A DNA stretch of 64,000 bases from Utricularia gibba (taxonomy: Eukaryota > Plantae > Magnoliophyta). The position numbers were made by a program, and so were the translations under genes. Positions 24,706 through 37,398 of this stretch are shown one piece after another (position 1 is the stretch's first letter; each line of letters begins with the position of its first letter). Where the stretch lies: NCBI GenBank assembly GCA_002189035.1, contig NEEC01000014.1, forward strand, positions 1,798,001 to 1,862,000. Direction: 5' to 3'. A model generated the notes under the pieces. It had not been told where the DNA came from, made no database searches, and saw nothing but the letters and a program-made list of their open reading frames with translations.

Positions 24706-27700
24706 ATGGCGTCGATATGCTCACCGGGGTTTGCATCGCCGCTGGCTGAGCCTTTATGGAACTGCGCCAATACGCGGTTCTTCTTCGGCAATTCGAGCAG
24801 GAGTGCGTTTCAACAGGGGATTTTGGTACCGAGGGTTTCTGATTCCAGTGTGTGCTGTCGGTGCGCTTCGGGAAGCGGTGGAGACATGGAGTCGAGCTCG
24901 CAGCGCTCTAAATTTGGAATGCAGGATATCTTTACAAGCGCGGTGAAGCGGATTGAAGATTACTTGCGTTCTTTTACCGACCGAGGAGTGGAGCGCCGTG
25001 AGTTTGTGCCGATGGAAGTGGATGCGGACGCGGAGTTGGAGGAGGATGAATGGAATTGGGATAGGTGGATGAGGCATTTCCTGGAGATTGATGAGCAGGA
25101 GCGCGTTATTGCGATTTTGAAGGTTCTCTGAATTTGTTTCGATTATTGTTGTGCTGGAATTTAGTTTTTTAGTCATCTACATGGTTGTCCTGGTGAAGTA
25201 CCTATTCCTTCCTCCCAGTTCCAATTATAGCTGCAAATCTTGAGTTTTTGAGTAACACGCTCAATTTTAACTCAACAGAGAGAGCTAGCTGGTGCAGTTG
25301 CGAGGGAGGATTATGAAGATGCCGCTAGACTTAAGGTCGCAATCGCTGCTACCGCTGCTACCCATGATACTGTTCTAAGAGTATTGTCCTACATGAAGGT
25401 ATGTATTATCTTTATGAATTGATATATGGATGGTTGCATTTTATTTGAGTTATTTGTTCTGTTGGAGTATCCAGTAAGGCATTATGTACACCAGCTCTAT
25501 AATATTTTTTCCTTCTAATCTGTACATAGAAATATGTGGAGGAAGAACGGTATGGTGATGCAGCTCGTATACGTGATTCTTCTGGCGCTGGTTTGGTGAG
25601 TTAGACCACACTTTTTTGAGCATGATAGCGCTGCACGTGACATAGTGTTGGTCTGTAAATTCATGAATGATGGATACTGTCCCTGTTCTACAGACGTATT
25701 TGAATTTTGGGTTTTTTATCACTGTTCATTATTGTCCAATAAATGTTACCTTCAGTATAATGCCTTATGTCTTTAGCGGGCCATCATTTGCTTCTGTAAA
25801 AACCAGGTTGGTTGGTGGGCAGGGGTCTCTGACAATCCCGATGATCCTTATGGTCGTGTCATTCGTATAGTTGCTGAGCACGGCAGATATATTGCTAGGA
25901 GTTACAGTCCTCGGTAATTTGCTACTTCTTGACTAGGATCTCATATTTGGCATTAGCTCCAAGAGAATGAATCTAAAAAAAAATGAATTTTTCAAATAGT
26001 AAGAGATTGCAAATTTTGGATACACCATTAAACCTAGGTTATCTGCAAGATTCTGCTACTGGTATTTTCACGTTATAACATTATACTGTGGACTCATCAG
26101 ATCGTTTATTTTGGTCTGTGTGCATTCTCATCAGACAACTCGCAATGGCCAACAGTGGAGCACCTTTGTTCGAAGTATATCTTAGAGAGACTAAAAATGG
26201 TGATTACCAACAACAGGCATATTCCCTTTTCTCTCAAGCTTCTTCTTTTTCACCTGACAGCATGGAGATGGGAGTAATTCTTTTCTCACAGGGTACAATT
26301 TTATAATGTATTTAATGGATCACTTGTTCCAGGCTGTTTATTTAAAGCGTAAAGGAGCTTTCAGAGACGCATATGGCAAATCCTTCCAGCCGTTTGGAAG
26401 TTCTAGAAATATGGATACTCATGATGTCAGGGACAGTACAGGTACACTATTTGGAAGAAGCTTGGATGATACAGATGACTCTGAAGATATGAGTGATGAT
26501 TCGGGTTTTGAAACTATCCTGCATGACATGATTCCTACTTTGAAGGTTAAGGTAGTACGAGTTACAGCACCTGGGAAGGTCGATCAGGATGTCATATCTA
26601 AGGTGATCGAACAAATAATACGTGAAGAGGATGAAAATGATGGCGATTCAGATACAACAGAATCTGATGATGAAGGTAATGAGACTAATGATGAAGAGGA
26701 TGAAAGTGATGTCGAATTGGTTAGGTCTGACTATGAGGCTAATAATGAAACCATCGAGGAGTACAGTGATGTTGAATTGGAGTCTAGTACGGACGACAAG
26801 CAAAAGCAGATTGCTTTTAAGGTTGTTGTTTTGGATAATATGTCTCGTCACAGACACCTGGATGACAGACTTGTGGATGAATTGGTTCGTGTACCAGCAA
26901 GGTTGGAGAACAAGGGTCGGATGTCATTTACTTTCAATGTGGAGGAAGATGAAAATGTAATTCTGTCCAGTGATGATCTGCAGTCTCCAAAAAGAAAAAC
27001 CTCTAAGGTTCCAGGTTACCGAAGTATTGACTTTGTTCTTCTTGATCTTGTGAAAGCAATTGGAAAGGGGAAAATTCCTATGAAGGTGTGTTTGATTCTT
27101 CTGGTTTAGGATGCATGCAACTGTTAGTTCCTGAAGTTTCTGGGGATTACATATATTTTTGTCGTCCAATTTCTATATGCAGGTTCTTAAGGATATTGGC
27201 GAGTTAGTAAATCTTACTGTAAGTCAAGCCCGAAATCACCAAGCACTTGCTGGGTCTACTACTTTTCACCGGATTGATGTTTCTTCATCTGCCGATCCAC
27301 TCAATGGTGATTAGCCTGTTATTTGCTTATAGTCTGTTTCATGGCCTTGTGTTATATGATCTCATCTGCCAGGCATATATATCGGTGCCCATGGGCTCCA
27401 TGCTTCAGAAGTTATCGTTATGAAACGGAGATTTGGTCAATGGAAAGAGGATGGAAACACGAAGAACCATTCGAAACTCAAATTCTATGAGTATGTAGAA
27501 GCAGTAAAAGTAACAGGAGATACTTCTGTTCCAGCTGGTCAGGTACCCTGATGATTTTTTCATTCAAGCGTGTTATCACCTAGCTCTCGTGGATTCAGAA
27601 CTTCTTTGCTTCCAGGTAGCATTCCGTGCCAAAATCGGAAAGCAATATCAACTTCCACATAAGGGAATCCTCCCAGAAGAATTCGGAGTGGTATGTCAAT

Positions 27701-28024
27701 CAAGCATTAGATACTGCCTCACCACGCTTGTCTACTACTTAAAGACTCTCCTTGCAGATTGGACGATATCGAGGACAGGGAAGACTAGCCGAACCCGGAT
27801 TTCGTAATCCTCGATGGGTTGATGGGGAACTCATCATACTAGATGGAAAGGTTGTGAATAACTGAACCCAAGTATATTCAGAACTCATGCGAACCCATGT
27901 TTCATGCGTCTGTTTTCTTCAACTTGTGCAGTACATAAAAGGGGGGCCTGTGGTGGGCTTCGTTTACTGGGACCCTGAGTATCATTTCCTGACATTCTTC
28001 AACCGTCTGGTGCTGGTGGACTGA
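24706..28024 (+). CDS. EX1: EXECUTER1, chloroplast singlet-oxygen signalling protein, 11 exons
   Basis: [13 protein letters not shown] domains ([10 protein letters not shown]; [12 protein letters not shown]), [16 protein letters not shown], and DUF3506 [24 protein letters not shown]. Confidence 0.92.
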
Positions 28025-28506
28025 AGCTGTGTCTTGTGCACGTACGTATTCCTTCTCTTGCTACCCCCACAATAGGGGCTTACCCGATGTATGATGTATA
28101 TGCCCATTCCATCGACTGGTAAAAAGGACCCTAAATTACTAGTTTCTCATCCCTAATTGAAAAGCCGTGCCTTAGTTTGTTTGGCCTGCGGAAATAGAAG
28201 GTTCAGAGCAAACAACCCTAGCCATGGCTTTTTGATTCTGTGAAGTTAAACTGGTTTATGCATGTTTTATAACATAAAAGTAGGAATAGATGTTAAACCA
28301 AAGAAGAGATTGGATATGACTTTCATGGTGTTTATTTACGTCTTATTAGACTTTAGATGTTAGTTTGAAGCATAGTCACTGTGTTTGTAAATGCATGAGG
28401 GACCGATCAGTCAGCTACAAACGAAATTTCCAGGTGACTTCGATTATTCATGTCTTGTTCCACTGTGCTGGCCCGAGCCGCAGAATTAGATTCATGTGGG
28501 TAAAAA

Positions 28507-28707
28507 CTAATGACTAGTCCCTGAGGTGCATGAGAGGGCAGCGAAGATGGTGCCCAACACCACCGGGAAAACCAGCAACGCCGTCAAAGGCGGCGGCTGA
28601 GGCAGTCCCGGAGCCATCCCCCACGGCAGAAATATCAAAAGCGCCACTGCGCATGCCATCACCACCACCGCCTCCAGTCCACACCCGCCGTTGGCCGCCG
28701 TCTGCAT
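28507..28707 (-). CDS. 66-aa two-TM microprotein with a Pro-rich linker, ARGOS/OSR-like
   Basis: True ATG; hydrophobic-LPQPPP-hydrophobic architecture; TATAAAT about 70 bp upstream on the minus strand. Confidence 0.65.
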   Translation of the reverse strand: MQTAANGGCGLEAVVVMACAVALLIFLPWGMAPGLPQPPPLTALLVFPVVLGTIFAALSCTSGTSH

Positions 28708-29102
28708 TTCCGGAAGATCACCTTTTTATCTATACAATTCGTAAGATTCCGGGAGGAGGCCTAGTGATTGAGTATTTATAACGTTTCATGGCGTCGTCTG
28801 GCGCCAAGGACGCATCGTTTCTTCAAGTTTGACGTTCCTTTTAACGTCTTAAGAATTAAATAATTAAAATTATTCTCATTTTAAGGAAAAGACTTGAAAA
28901 TGAAAATGCGCGTAAACTATACACAACTGTCTAAAGCTCTGAAGCTGTTACATCTGATACTGATAGCACAAACTCGAGCATAATACAATCTCCCTGCTTC
29001 TACACCTCCTGTTTCTTGGTAGGGTTAGATGTTTACAACAAGCATGATGAATGGAATGGGTTAGGCTGCTAAGGCGACTTCATCCCCCCACCCCCGCGTT
29101 CA

Positions 29103-30589
29103 TCACGAAAGCCTTCCTTTCAGGAAGTTAGTGCAGAGTTTCCTCCATAGCTCTCTGTCAGGCGCCTTGGCCTCCACTCTTGCCTTAGCTTCATCAGCAA
29201 AGGATTCCTGCACAACACACAAGCTACTGAGTTGGGTGGGAAGCGCACGCGTCTCGGAAAAAGGAGGAGTGGAGGTGCGTACCTCGAATAATACACCGTT
29301 GGAAAGGCGGTTGATGAGGTTCAAGAGAATGTCTTGGGTGTACTCGGGGTGGCCCTGGATGCCCATTATGTGGTTCCCGTACCTGAACATCTCGACACCC
29401 GTCTGCTCCGACCAGGCTAAGACCTCTGCTCGAGGTGGAAGTTCCAATACCTGAAGAGAAAGGGTTAGTTGGTGATCAGGGAATACATCTTCACAGAAGG
29501 CTGAAGCTTGGATATTGAGAGATAACCTCGTCGTGGTGGATTTCAAAGATGTTGAGAGAACTAGGCATGTTCATCGAAGCGAAGATCCGAGAGGGATACA
29601 AGTGAACTTCAGTGGTTCCGACGTCCCATCCTCCAACGGCTCGGCCTACTCTTCCTCCTATAGCTCTTGCCAGTATCTGGTTTCACAAAAAAGGGAAAAA
29701 GTTCAATACAGAAGACACAGATCAAAGGCCTGTAGTTGGGAGGCAGATAAAATGGAATCCAGCCGTGAAATGAATATAGAAAGCATATCTCTCCCTTTTG
29801 CAGATTTGAGGATCACAATAAAGAGATGTTGACAAGTCCATGCCAACACCACACATCGAATCTTATCTCCCCAAAGAATAAAAGATCTCCTACGCCATAC
29901 AGGGTAGGGTCCTTTTGATAACATTTATTATTAGTATTCTGGATTCTTGCAACTGAAAGATGATTGATTGGCCTGGAGAGTGAAGGGGGAAACTATTGTA
30001 TTCACAATTCAATGAGTGAACTTCAGGGTCGAATTTGAGCAGGAAAGACGTCTAGATGCAGAAGGTATCTTTGGCGTTTCAAAATTCTCAGGAATATTCA
30101 TAGGATACCAAAAAATCAAGGGGACGACGTCACAACGAGGTGGATTCACGTTGAAAGCAACAGCAGACAGAGATAGGAATTGAACGGATGCAGAATCTCT
30201 TAGGAGGGAAAAGAAAAATGAAATGATAAAATACCCAGAAATGGAGATTGGGGCGAAGTTGTTGAATCACAAACCTGATGGCCGAAGCAAATACCGAGAA
30301 CCTTCTTCCTCATCGCGATCAATTTCCTGAGGAGGATCAGAAGCCGTCGAATCCACAGATCATTCCCGAAAGCGTCACTGCAACTTCCGGTAATCACAAA
30401 TCCGTCGTACCCATGGATCTCCTCATCCGACGGCAAATCCCCCTTGGTCGCGGCGAATGCATCCCAAATTTCGCCTTCCTCCTTGAGCATTCCGGTGAAA
30501 ACCCCAAAATAACCACCATAGATTTTCCTTACGTAATCGGAATCCTCCGCGCAGAGGAGCACTGCAAACTTCTTGTGACCTCCTCCCAT
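29103..30589 (-). CDS. GGP: Gamma-glutamyl peptidase (class I glutamine amidotransferase-like), 4 exons
   Basis: FAVLLCAEDS..YGGYFGVF, GFVITGS, nucleophile GICFGHQ, and GIQGHPEY, so the Cys-His-Glu triad is intact. Confidence 0.9.
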
Positions 30590-31658
30590 TCCTTCTCCCT
30601 CCGGCTGCTGTAGATACATATCTTTTGTATGTAGATGAAAACACAGAGTGAAGGGAGAAGAGCCAAAGGAAGAAGGAGATGAAACGATATGAGCTGATTT
30701 AGAAGCAGAGGAAGGGGCATTATTTATAGGAGCACGTCGCAGTGCAGATTTTTAGGTGGTGGACTAAATTACCCTTCTCACGGTGTCTTTCAAAGCTGAA
30801 TATTCTCACTCACTCACTCCGGTCAAATATTCAAGAAAAATATATATATTATATCATATTACTCGTTTTTATTTAAATATAACCGTAGTATCTAAATATC
30901 AGTCGGTGTTTATTTTTCAAAATTTTTTAATAAAATAAATGAAAGAAGAATTTTGATAAATATAATTGAAATACTTCATGTATAAAAAAAGGAATAAATC
31001 CATCGATACACTTTTCCTTACATAGAATAAGGTATTAAATACGATGATCGTGCTTCCTCAACAGGAACATGAAAGGTAAGAAACATGGAGCGTGGTACGG
31101 GTCCGCACTTGGACGCGTAGCGCGGTAGCAGTGCATGATGCTTCAGAACCTAGCCGGAAAAGCGTCCCGCTTCACGCATGGTGCTGGGCCGGGCCGTCTT
31201 TCACGGGCGCAAAATCAACATACCTAATTTTGGTCGTCGACTTCCCATGTTTATTGACTTGTTCGAATTCCCATCTCCCCTGTGAATAGAAAAATCAGAC
31301 CCAAGATGTCGCACCACGAAATGGAAACGTGGCCACTATGACTCCATGCATAGCCGCATTTTCCAAGTTGAGGAATATTTGTGGGCCGCTTTGGGAAGCA
31401 TGAGTGGGGGTGCTTTTTTGGAGTGCAATCTTATCAGTGTACGTGGCACGATTTGATTTGACGTGGGGGCTTCGAGAATCCATGTTCAGGATCGTGGGCA
31501 TTGAGCAAGAATATTAAAATAAACACATTGCAATTTAGTGGATGGGTTAGCTAATTGAGTGGGGGAATTGGAAAGAATCTTATCTTGGTATTGTGCTGAA
31601 TGGATATCGCTGGTTGGATACACGTGAGGGCATGTGATGCACGTGTTACATGTAAACA

Positions 31659-33334
31659 CTTTAGTACGTTGATATGGGATACGGAATACGTTAAATTATA
31701 AATTATCTTATTTTAAGATGAGTTTCATATTTTTAATAATAATAATAATATTATTATTATATTATTGATTTTTTTTTCTAAATTGTATTATTGAAAAATT
31801 GAATTTTACATAATTATAAAATAATCTATTCATGATTGAATAACTTTAATATGTCTAATATATAAATAAATATAATAATTTAGTATAAAATAAATTAAAG
31901 ATAACATGAATGAAGTATATTTGAAATTAAAATTATTTTTATTAAAAATAAAAATAAAAAATGATTAGATATTATATAATAAGATACCAAAATAAAAATG
32001 ATATATAATAAGATACAAAAGGTTGTATAAAGTGTATAATAAAACTTAGTGTTTGTATATAAAAGAATAAATATTAATAAATTGTATATTTTAATATTAA
32101 GTTGTTAAATAATATTTATTTAATATATTTCACACTCTTTTTTTAAAAAAATCAACGTGTCCGACACCCTAGTTTTACCGGGAGGAAGAAGCGATGGGGA
32201 GGGTGTCAAGTGCAGCATCCAGACTGCAAGCCCAAGGGCTGAGGGGCCTCTCACCGCCGTCCATTGAAACACTTTTCAGTTTACGTCGGCACCGGCAAGA
32301 TTCAAGCTCTTCCTCCAGGTGTTTATTCTCCGACTCTTGCCTCAAAACTAGCCACTGCAGGGATTGGATCACTTGCAGATCATGAAGCTGCTTCTCCTCC
32401 GCAAATCTTCTGTAATGGCTCAACTCCATCTCAATCGAGCTCTTGGCGTTCTGAAGCCGAAGGATCATCGCCATTGCCTCCTCAGCCGCGGTGGCTGAGG
32501 AAGCTCTTTCCTTGTCGAGTTCCGAGAGCGCATCGTTCGTCTTCCGTCGCTCGATTTTGAGCGATTCTCGCAATGTCGAAACATCCGGTTCCGTTTCGCC
32601 CTTGGCGTCCGATTTTCTTTCCCGATACTTCGATTCGATGGGTTTCCCCCAATTCCCCAAAACCATCTTGAAACCGACGGCGATCAGTAAGGCCGGGATT
32701 ACAAACGTAGATACCTTGTCGATTTTCGCCATCCAAGAACACTCACATCTCTGTTCGCAACGCTCCATGCAGCATTCTATACAATCCATCAGCAAACAGA
32801 CCCACATTTGATCGGGCAGAATTTCGGTGATCGGGAAGCGACAGCGGCGGTGAAAGGTGATTGACGGCCGTCGAAGAGAGTGACGGGATGAGAAGCCCAA
32901 GAAGGTACACACATTTGAAACCGCAACGGCAGATAAATCTTCTGAGTACCGTTGGTGCAACGTGGCGGGACAAGTAATCGCCTCGTAAGGGAATATTCAA
33001 TAAATGAGGGGTGGAATTGTTTGAATGCTGAAATCCCTACAAGCAATTACTTACTTTTGCCGGGGCGCATTTAATATAATAAAAAGGTTATATTCATTTA
33101 ATTTTTATCACAAGTTAATATATAATTTTCTCCATCCTAACTCGCAGATATTCAATTGAAAACCTAATATATATTCAATTAATAATTTAAATAAATACAC
33201 ATTTTAGAAACCAGGTAGAAGTAGAAATTACGGTTATTTTTCACACCAATTATTATTAACTAAATATTTCCGAGTCTATATATATCACTGAGATACGTGT
33301 CCCCGTGTCCGTGTCCAAAATAGCATGTACTTAG
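31659..33334. mobile_element. Possible degenerate non-autonomous element with GACAC/GTGTCC-rich termini, enclosing the DUF593 gene
   Basis: Left end TTAGTACGTTGATATGGGATACGGAATACG resembles the reverse complement of the right end CGTGTCCCCGTGTCCGTGTCCAAAATAGCATGTACTTAG. An internal ACGTGTCCGACAC sits at about 32156, next to a very AT-rich spacer. Confidence 0.35.
32175..32807 (-). CDS. FLOURY1-like / GTD-binding (DUF593, zein/myosin-binding) protein, intronless; first ATG at 32807 or 32789
   Basis: TM segment followed by LRESLKIER..ELDKERASSATAAEEAMAMILRLQNAKSSIEME..YRRFAEEKQLHD, the DUF593 signature. The ORF-track start at 32960 is a TTG. Confidence 0.85.
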   Translation of the reverse strand: MWVCLLMDCIECCMERCEQRCECSWMAKIDKVSTFVIPALLIAVGFKMVLGNWGKPIESKYRERKSDAKGETEPDVSTLRESLKIERRKTNDALSELDKERASSATAAEEAMAMILRLQNAKSSIEMELSHYRRFAEEKQLHDLQVIQSLQWLVLRQESENKHLEEELESCRCRRKLKSVSMDGGERPLSPWACSLDAALDTLPIASSSR

Positions 33335-33350
33335 GTACCCGCAGGCTAAT

Positions 33351-36260
33351 TTAAAAGAGAGGACAACCATCCACCACTATACCTTTAGCTGTTGGGCACG
33401 TCGCTAGGTCACAGTGATCACCTTCGGTTCCCCACCAGCTGATCCCTTTGTTGGCTAAGCCCAACGCGAAATATAGAGCCAGGGTCATGAATGCCACCCC
33501 AGCATCCAGAGCTGCAGAAAGGATGTAGTTGTAGTTTTTCCACCATTGTTTCTTATACCTGAACACGAAGAAGTTGAATATGGTTCCCATGACGATCCAA
33601 GCATTGAAGTTCAATGGAGTTGCAGGAACCATGTAATAGGCTGATGTTAGGAGGACAGGGAGGTTAATGAGTTTGATCCAAGTGTGATTCGGAAAGCCCT
33701 TGTGTAGAAGCCAGACGAGAATGGGCCTAATCCACCTGCGACAAAAAACCAGTTCAAAGGGCCGTAAATCCGAGATCCCCAAAGGTTCTTCTGGTTCCAA
33801 GTAAACCCCATATCACTGATGTGTCGAAGAAAAGGTGATCCCATGGGCATGTCCATGGAGAGTCTGGTGGAAGAAGGTTGGTGTTGCATATGTCTTTTAT
33901 CGATGTAAGGAGCCACCATCCAACTGCCATGTTGATAGTTCCAGCTAGAATTGTACCTACAAGCTGGAGGAATGGAGACTTGAGCATTACTGTCTGTAAC
34001 TGAATTAAAAAGCTTCCTGCTTTACCTGTACAATGAACATGGATCTTGGAGGGATCTTCATGTAGTGTCCGAGCTTGAAATCACTGAGAAAAGATACTGC
34101 TTGCGACATGCTCATGAAGCCATATATTTTCAAACAAACAACGGCAATTGGTCTTCCAGGATATACGATTCCCATGATATATTGTACAAGTACATCTAAG
34201 CCTGGCATCTAGATTAAAAACAATGTTCTCATGCTAAGTATCTAGCCTGAAAGAAACAAAACTGCAAGAATGGCTATTTAGAATTGTTAGTGTTGAAAAT
34301 GAAAAAAGGACACAAGGTGCATTTGAAACACAGCAATCTTCCTAATACTCCCGACCCATAACTTAATTCTCAACATTAGATGTCTTACCACGTTTGTTGT
34401 GGCTGTAATGATGCTTATGGGAAGCGTGAATATGAAACCAAGGGTACACGCGAAGATAAGTCCCCACCATGGCATCTGAACTTGTTTTTCATTTACAATG
34501 CACAGCATTAGAGAAGCTGCAAATGTCAATGCTGACAATGTGTAGAACCACCAGGAAGGTATGGTTTTGTAATTGCGCATTAGCCGTGTGTGAATATCCT
34601 CCTTTCCACTGTACGAATCTCGAAATCTTTCATAAATTTCCCTGCCAATGTCACACAATGGTAAGTTGCCATTTCAAGATATATGTCCTTAACAAACCAT
34701 GACCCTAAGAAACAGATTCTTCACTTCCATTATAGGAACACTAACAATCAGTGTTTTAGTGGTACATTATTATGCATTGCAGCAAATCACCATAAAATCA
34801 TGAGGAGAGATTGCCAATAGGAATAATGAAATAGAGATGTACCTTCCATGAAAGAGTCCCACATGCGTCAATGTAGCAGCAATGCAAGCAAAGCCAACAG
34901 CATATCTAAAAGCGAAGAACATACTGAGATGCAGTTTCCCTTGTTGTTCATAGCTCGATACATCCAGCTCAAAATTCTCATTCACGACAGCAGATATATT
35001 ATAATTCTGACCGCTGAACGTGAACATCCCGGACGAGAAAATCGGAAACTTACGTGCACCAAATAAATCAAGTTTCCAATACGCAATCGGGAGAAAAACA
35101 TAGATCACTGGGAAATAACCCAGAAACGTGTTCGCTATGGCGAAGAAGGGAACCACCAGAGGATTCCCCAAGAAGGCTGATACTGCTGTCCAATCTAATG
35201 TAAAAGCGCCCAAACCAAGGCCACTGAGCCCGGAACCGAGCTGTTGAGCGGTGACCGATTTGGGGAAAATCCAGCATAGCCATGAAATGCTTGTGACCGT
35301 CTGGAAGAGATACCCTGGAACTACGTACCAAGCAAAGCTGCAAATCAAGGCGATGACAAAGAATTTTGCGCCAGAAATTCGCTTAGTGTCTTTTTCGTGC
35401 AGCGCCCTGCAAGAACAGTAATTATCAGAGCAGTTCGCACTCGGAATATTCCATGTTTTTATAGGGTGAAAAGGGATACGGACCGGAAAAGGGGAACTTG
35501 GACCAAGGCGGATGGCCACCACATTTGGGCCGGATCCACTACGTACTTACCCACAAGCCCGGCCCAACCATACCCAAGCACCTGCAATTACAGTTGCATA
35601 TGATGATCAAGTTTTGTTGAAATTCAATTATATAAGAAACATTGATCATATTAGAAAAGATTATTATTGATCTTATATAATCGATTATTTTACTTTCGAA
35701 TCCTTATTTGGAATTGTTTTTTCTAATAAGTTTTAGTTTTAGATGACGTCAACCCGTGAATGAGATACCTGGGTTGTGATTACGAGAAGCAGACCCGTCA
35801 GAAATGAGATTCTCCTGCGGTAGAAGACCTTGACGATATTAACAATTTCCAAAGCATACGCATTCCCGTACCCGAAAGCAGCTCCAGCATTCGCAAATAT
35901 GGAGATCAGCACATGTTCCTTGATGTTGAATGGCCCCGGATTCAGACTGAACCTCCTTTCTCCGAATCCAAGGATCCGGAACTCCGTCCTCGGCACCGTC
36001 TTCGCCATGAAGTGGCCGATAGGGAGGCTGGCGATGACGATGGTGATCTGAGTCAGTACAAGGGGCTCCGTTCTGTAGGAGAAGAACTGGTTGACGAATG
36101 AGAGAAGCGCGCATGACAACAACCCTAAAAACCACACCCGAAAAGTGGAAACCGGTAGGGTTGGATCGTCGGTGTTGGCGACGACCAGGCGGACTTCCTC
36201 GATCGGGGATTCGTCGACGACGCCATCGCCGGCGGAACGGTTTTTGTCGTCGGAAGTCAT
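33351..36260 (-). CDS. OPT: Oligopeptide transporter (OPT/PT clade); two apparent -1 frameshifts in the last exon (about 33770 and 33724)
   Basis: [39 protein letters not shown], and C-terminal [13 protein letters not shown] motifs. Confidence 0.92.
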
Positions 36261-37398
36261 GGTGATGCCAGTGAAGGAAGTGATGTGATAGATATAGGAG
36301 CTGATTGCAAGTTCAAATTTGGGTTCATTAGTCCAACATCTATCATGCTTTTATACGTAGATGGTGGCTATTACAGATGTATCCTCACTCTAGTATCACA
36401 TTAAAATAAATAATATCTTTTAAAAAATTTATGAATGAAAAAATTGTACAAGTGTTTTACAAATGATGCATGTATTTAAGAATACGACAAATATATTTTA
36501 AATGTAAATAATATCATAAATTTGAATTAAAAAAATCAAAATTCGTGTTGAAAATTGTAAATAATAAGGCATATGGGTGTGCATATTTTAATGGCAAATG
36601 TCAATCGAACATAGTCATTGCCAGTTAATAGACAGCCTTAGCAATTAGGGGAGGTTTGATCTTCATTTGGGGTAGGGTATTAAAATTAGGGTGCATGAGA
36701 CATGGTTTGTGTGTCGGATTTAATTCAAAAATTGAAATTTCGGAAATATCTTGTTTAAGGAAAAAAAAAAAATCCAAAATTTCATTAAAATTTATATGTA
36801 TTCTAATTTTAAATTATTTTATGAATAATATTACAAGCTGAATTGTAATTAGTAAACCCTGGAGTAATAATCACCTGTGGTAGAAATAATGGAGGGGGTG
36901 ATGTACTGTAGTGTCATCTTGAACCATCAACGGTGGAGAATGGGTTAGATATCCTACGTGGACCAATAGGGTTGAAAATGGGGTAAATTTTAAACATGAT
37001 TTGGAAATAATTAATCTGTCTAGAACCCTATCAAGTTCTATAATTTTGATCTCAAACCAGAATTTAGGCCTTAATCAAAAAAATATGAGCATGAGGGCAT
37101 ATTTATGACGAAATAATTAATATTAATGATTTTTCGTTTTTTTTGTTAGTTAGGCAAAATGGGCCTCATTTTTGTCTAAAGTCCCAGTTTTGGGAGAAAT
37201 GGCTTAAAGAAAATGTTCAATCAGGGAACAAGTTTTCTCCTTTTGCGCTTTTCCCCTGCTTAGCCCATTCTCCGTTGTCTTCTGCGGTAAAAGTTTTCTC
37301 CATTGCGGCCGTCGTTGGTAATATTCGGTGGTGTTTATTAGTCAGTCAGTCTATTCTTTTCGATGTTCTTTTGGTTTCATGGAGAAGATATTGAGGCG

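Noticed and set aside
29208-29282. In-frame, stop-free introns (GGP 75 nt; also TPX2-like 84 nt at 56094-56177 and AGD2 138 nt at 58841-58978)
   Set aside because: A few such introns are expected by chance among about 100 short introns, and all have canonical splice sites.
31255-31290. GTTCGAATTCC T-loop-like string
   Set aside because: No acceptor, D or anticodon stems around it.
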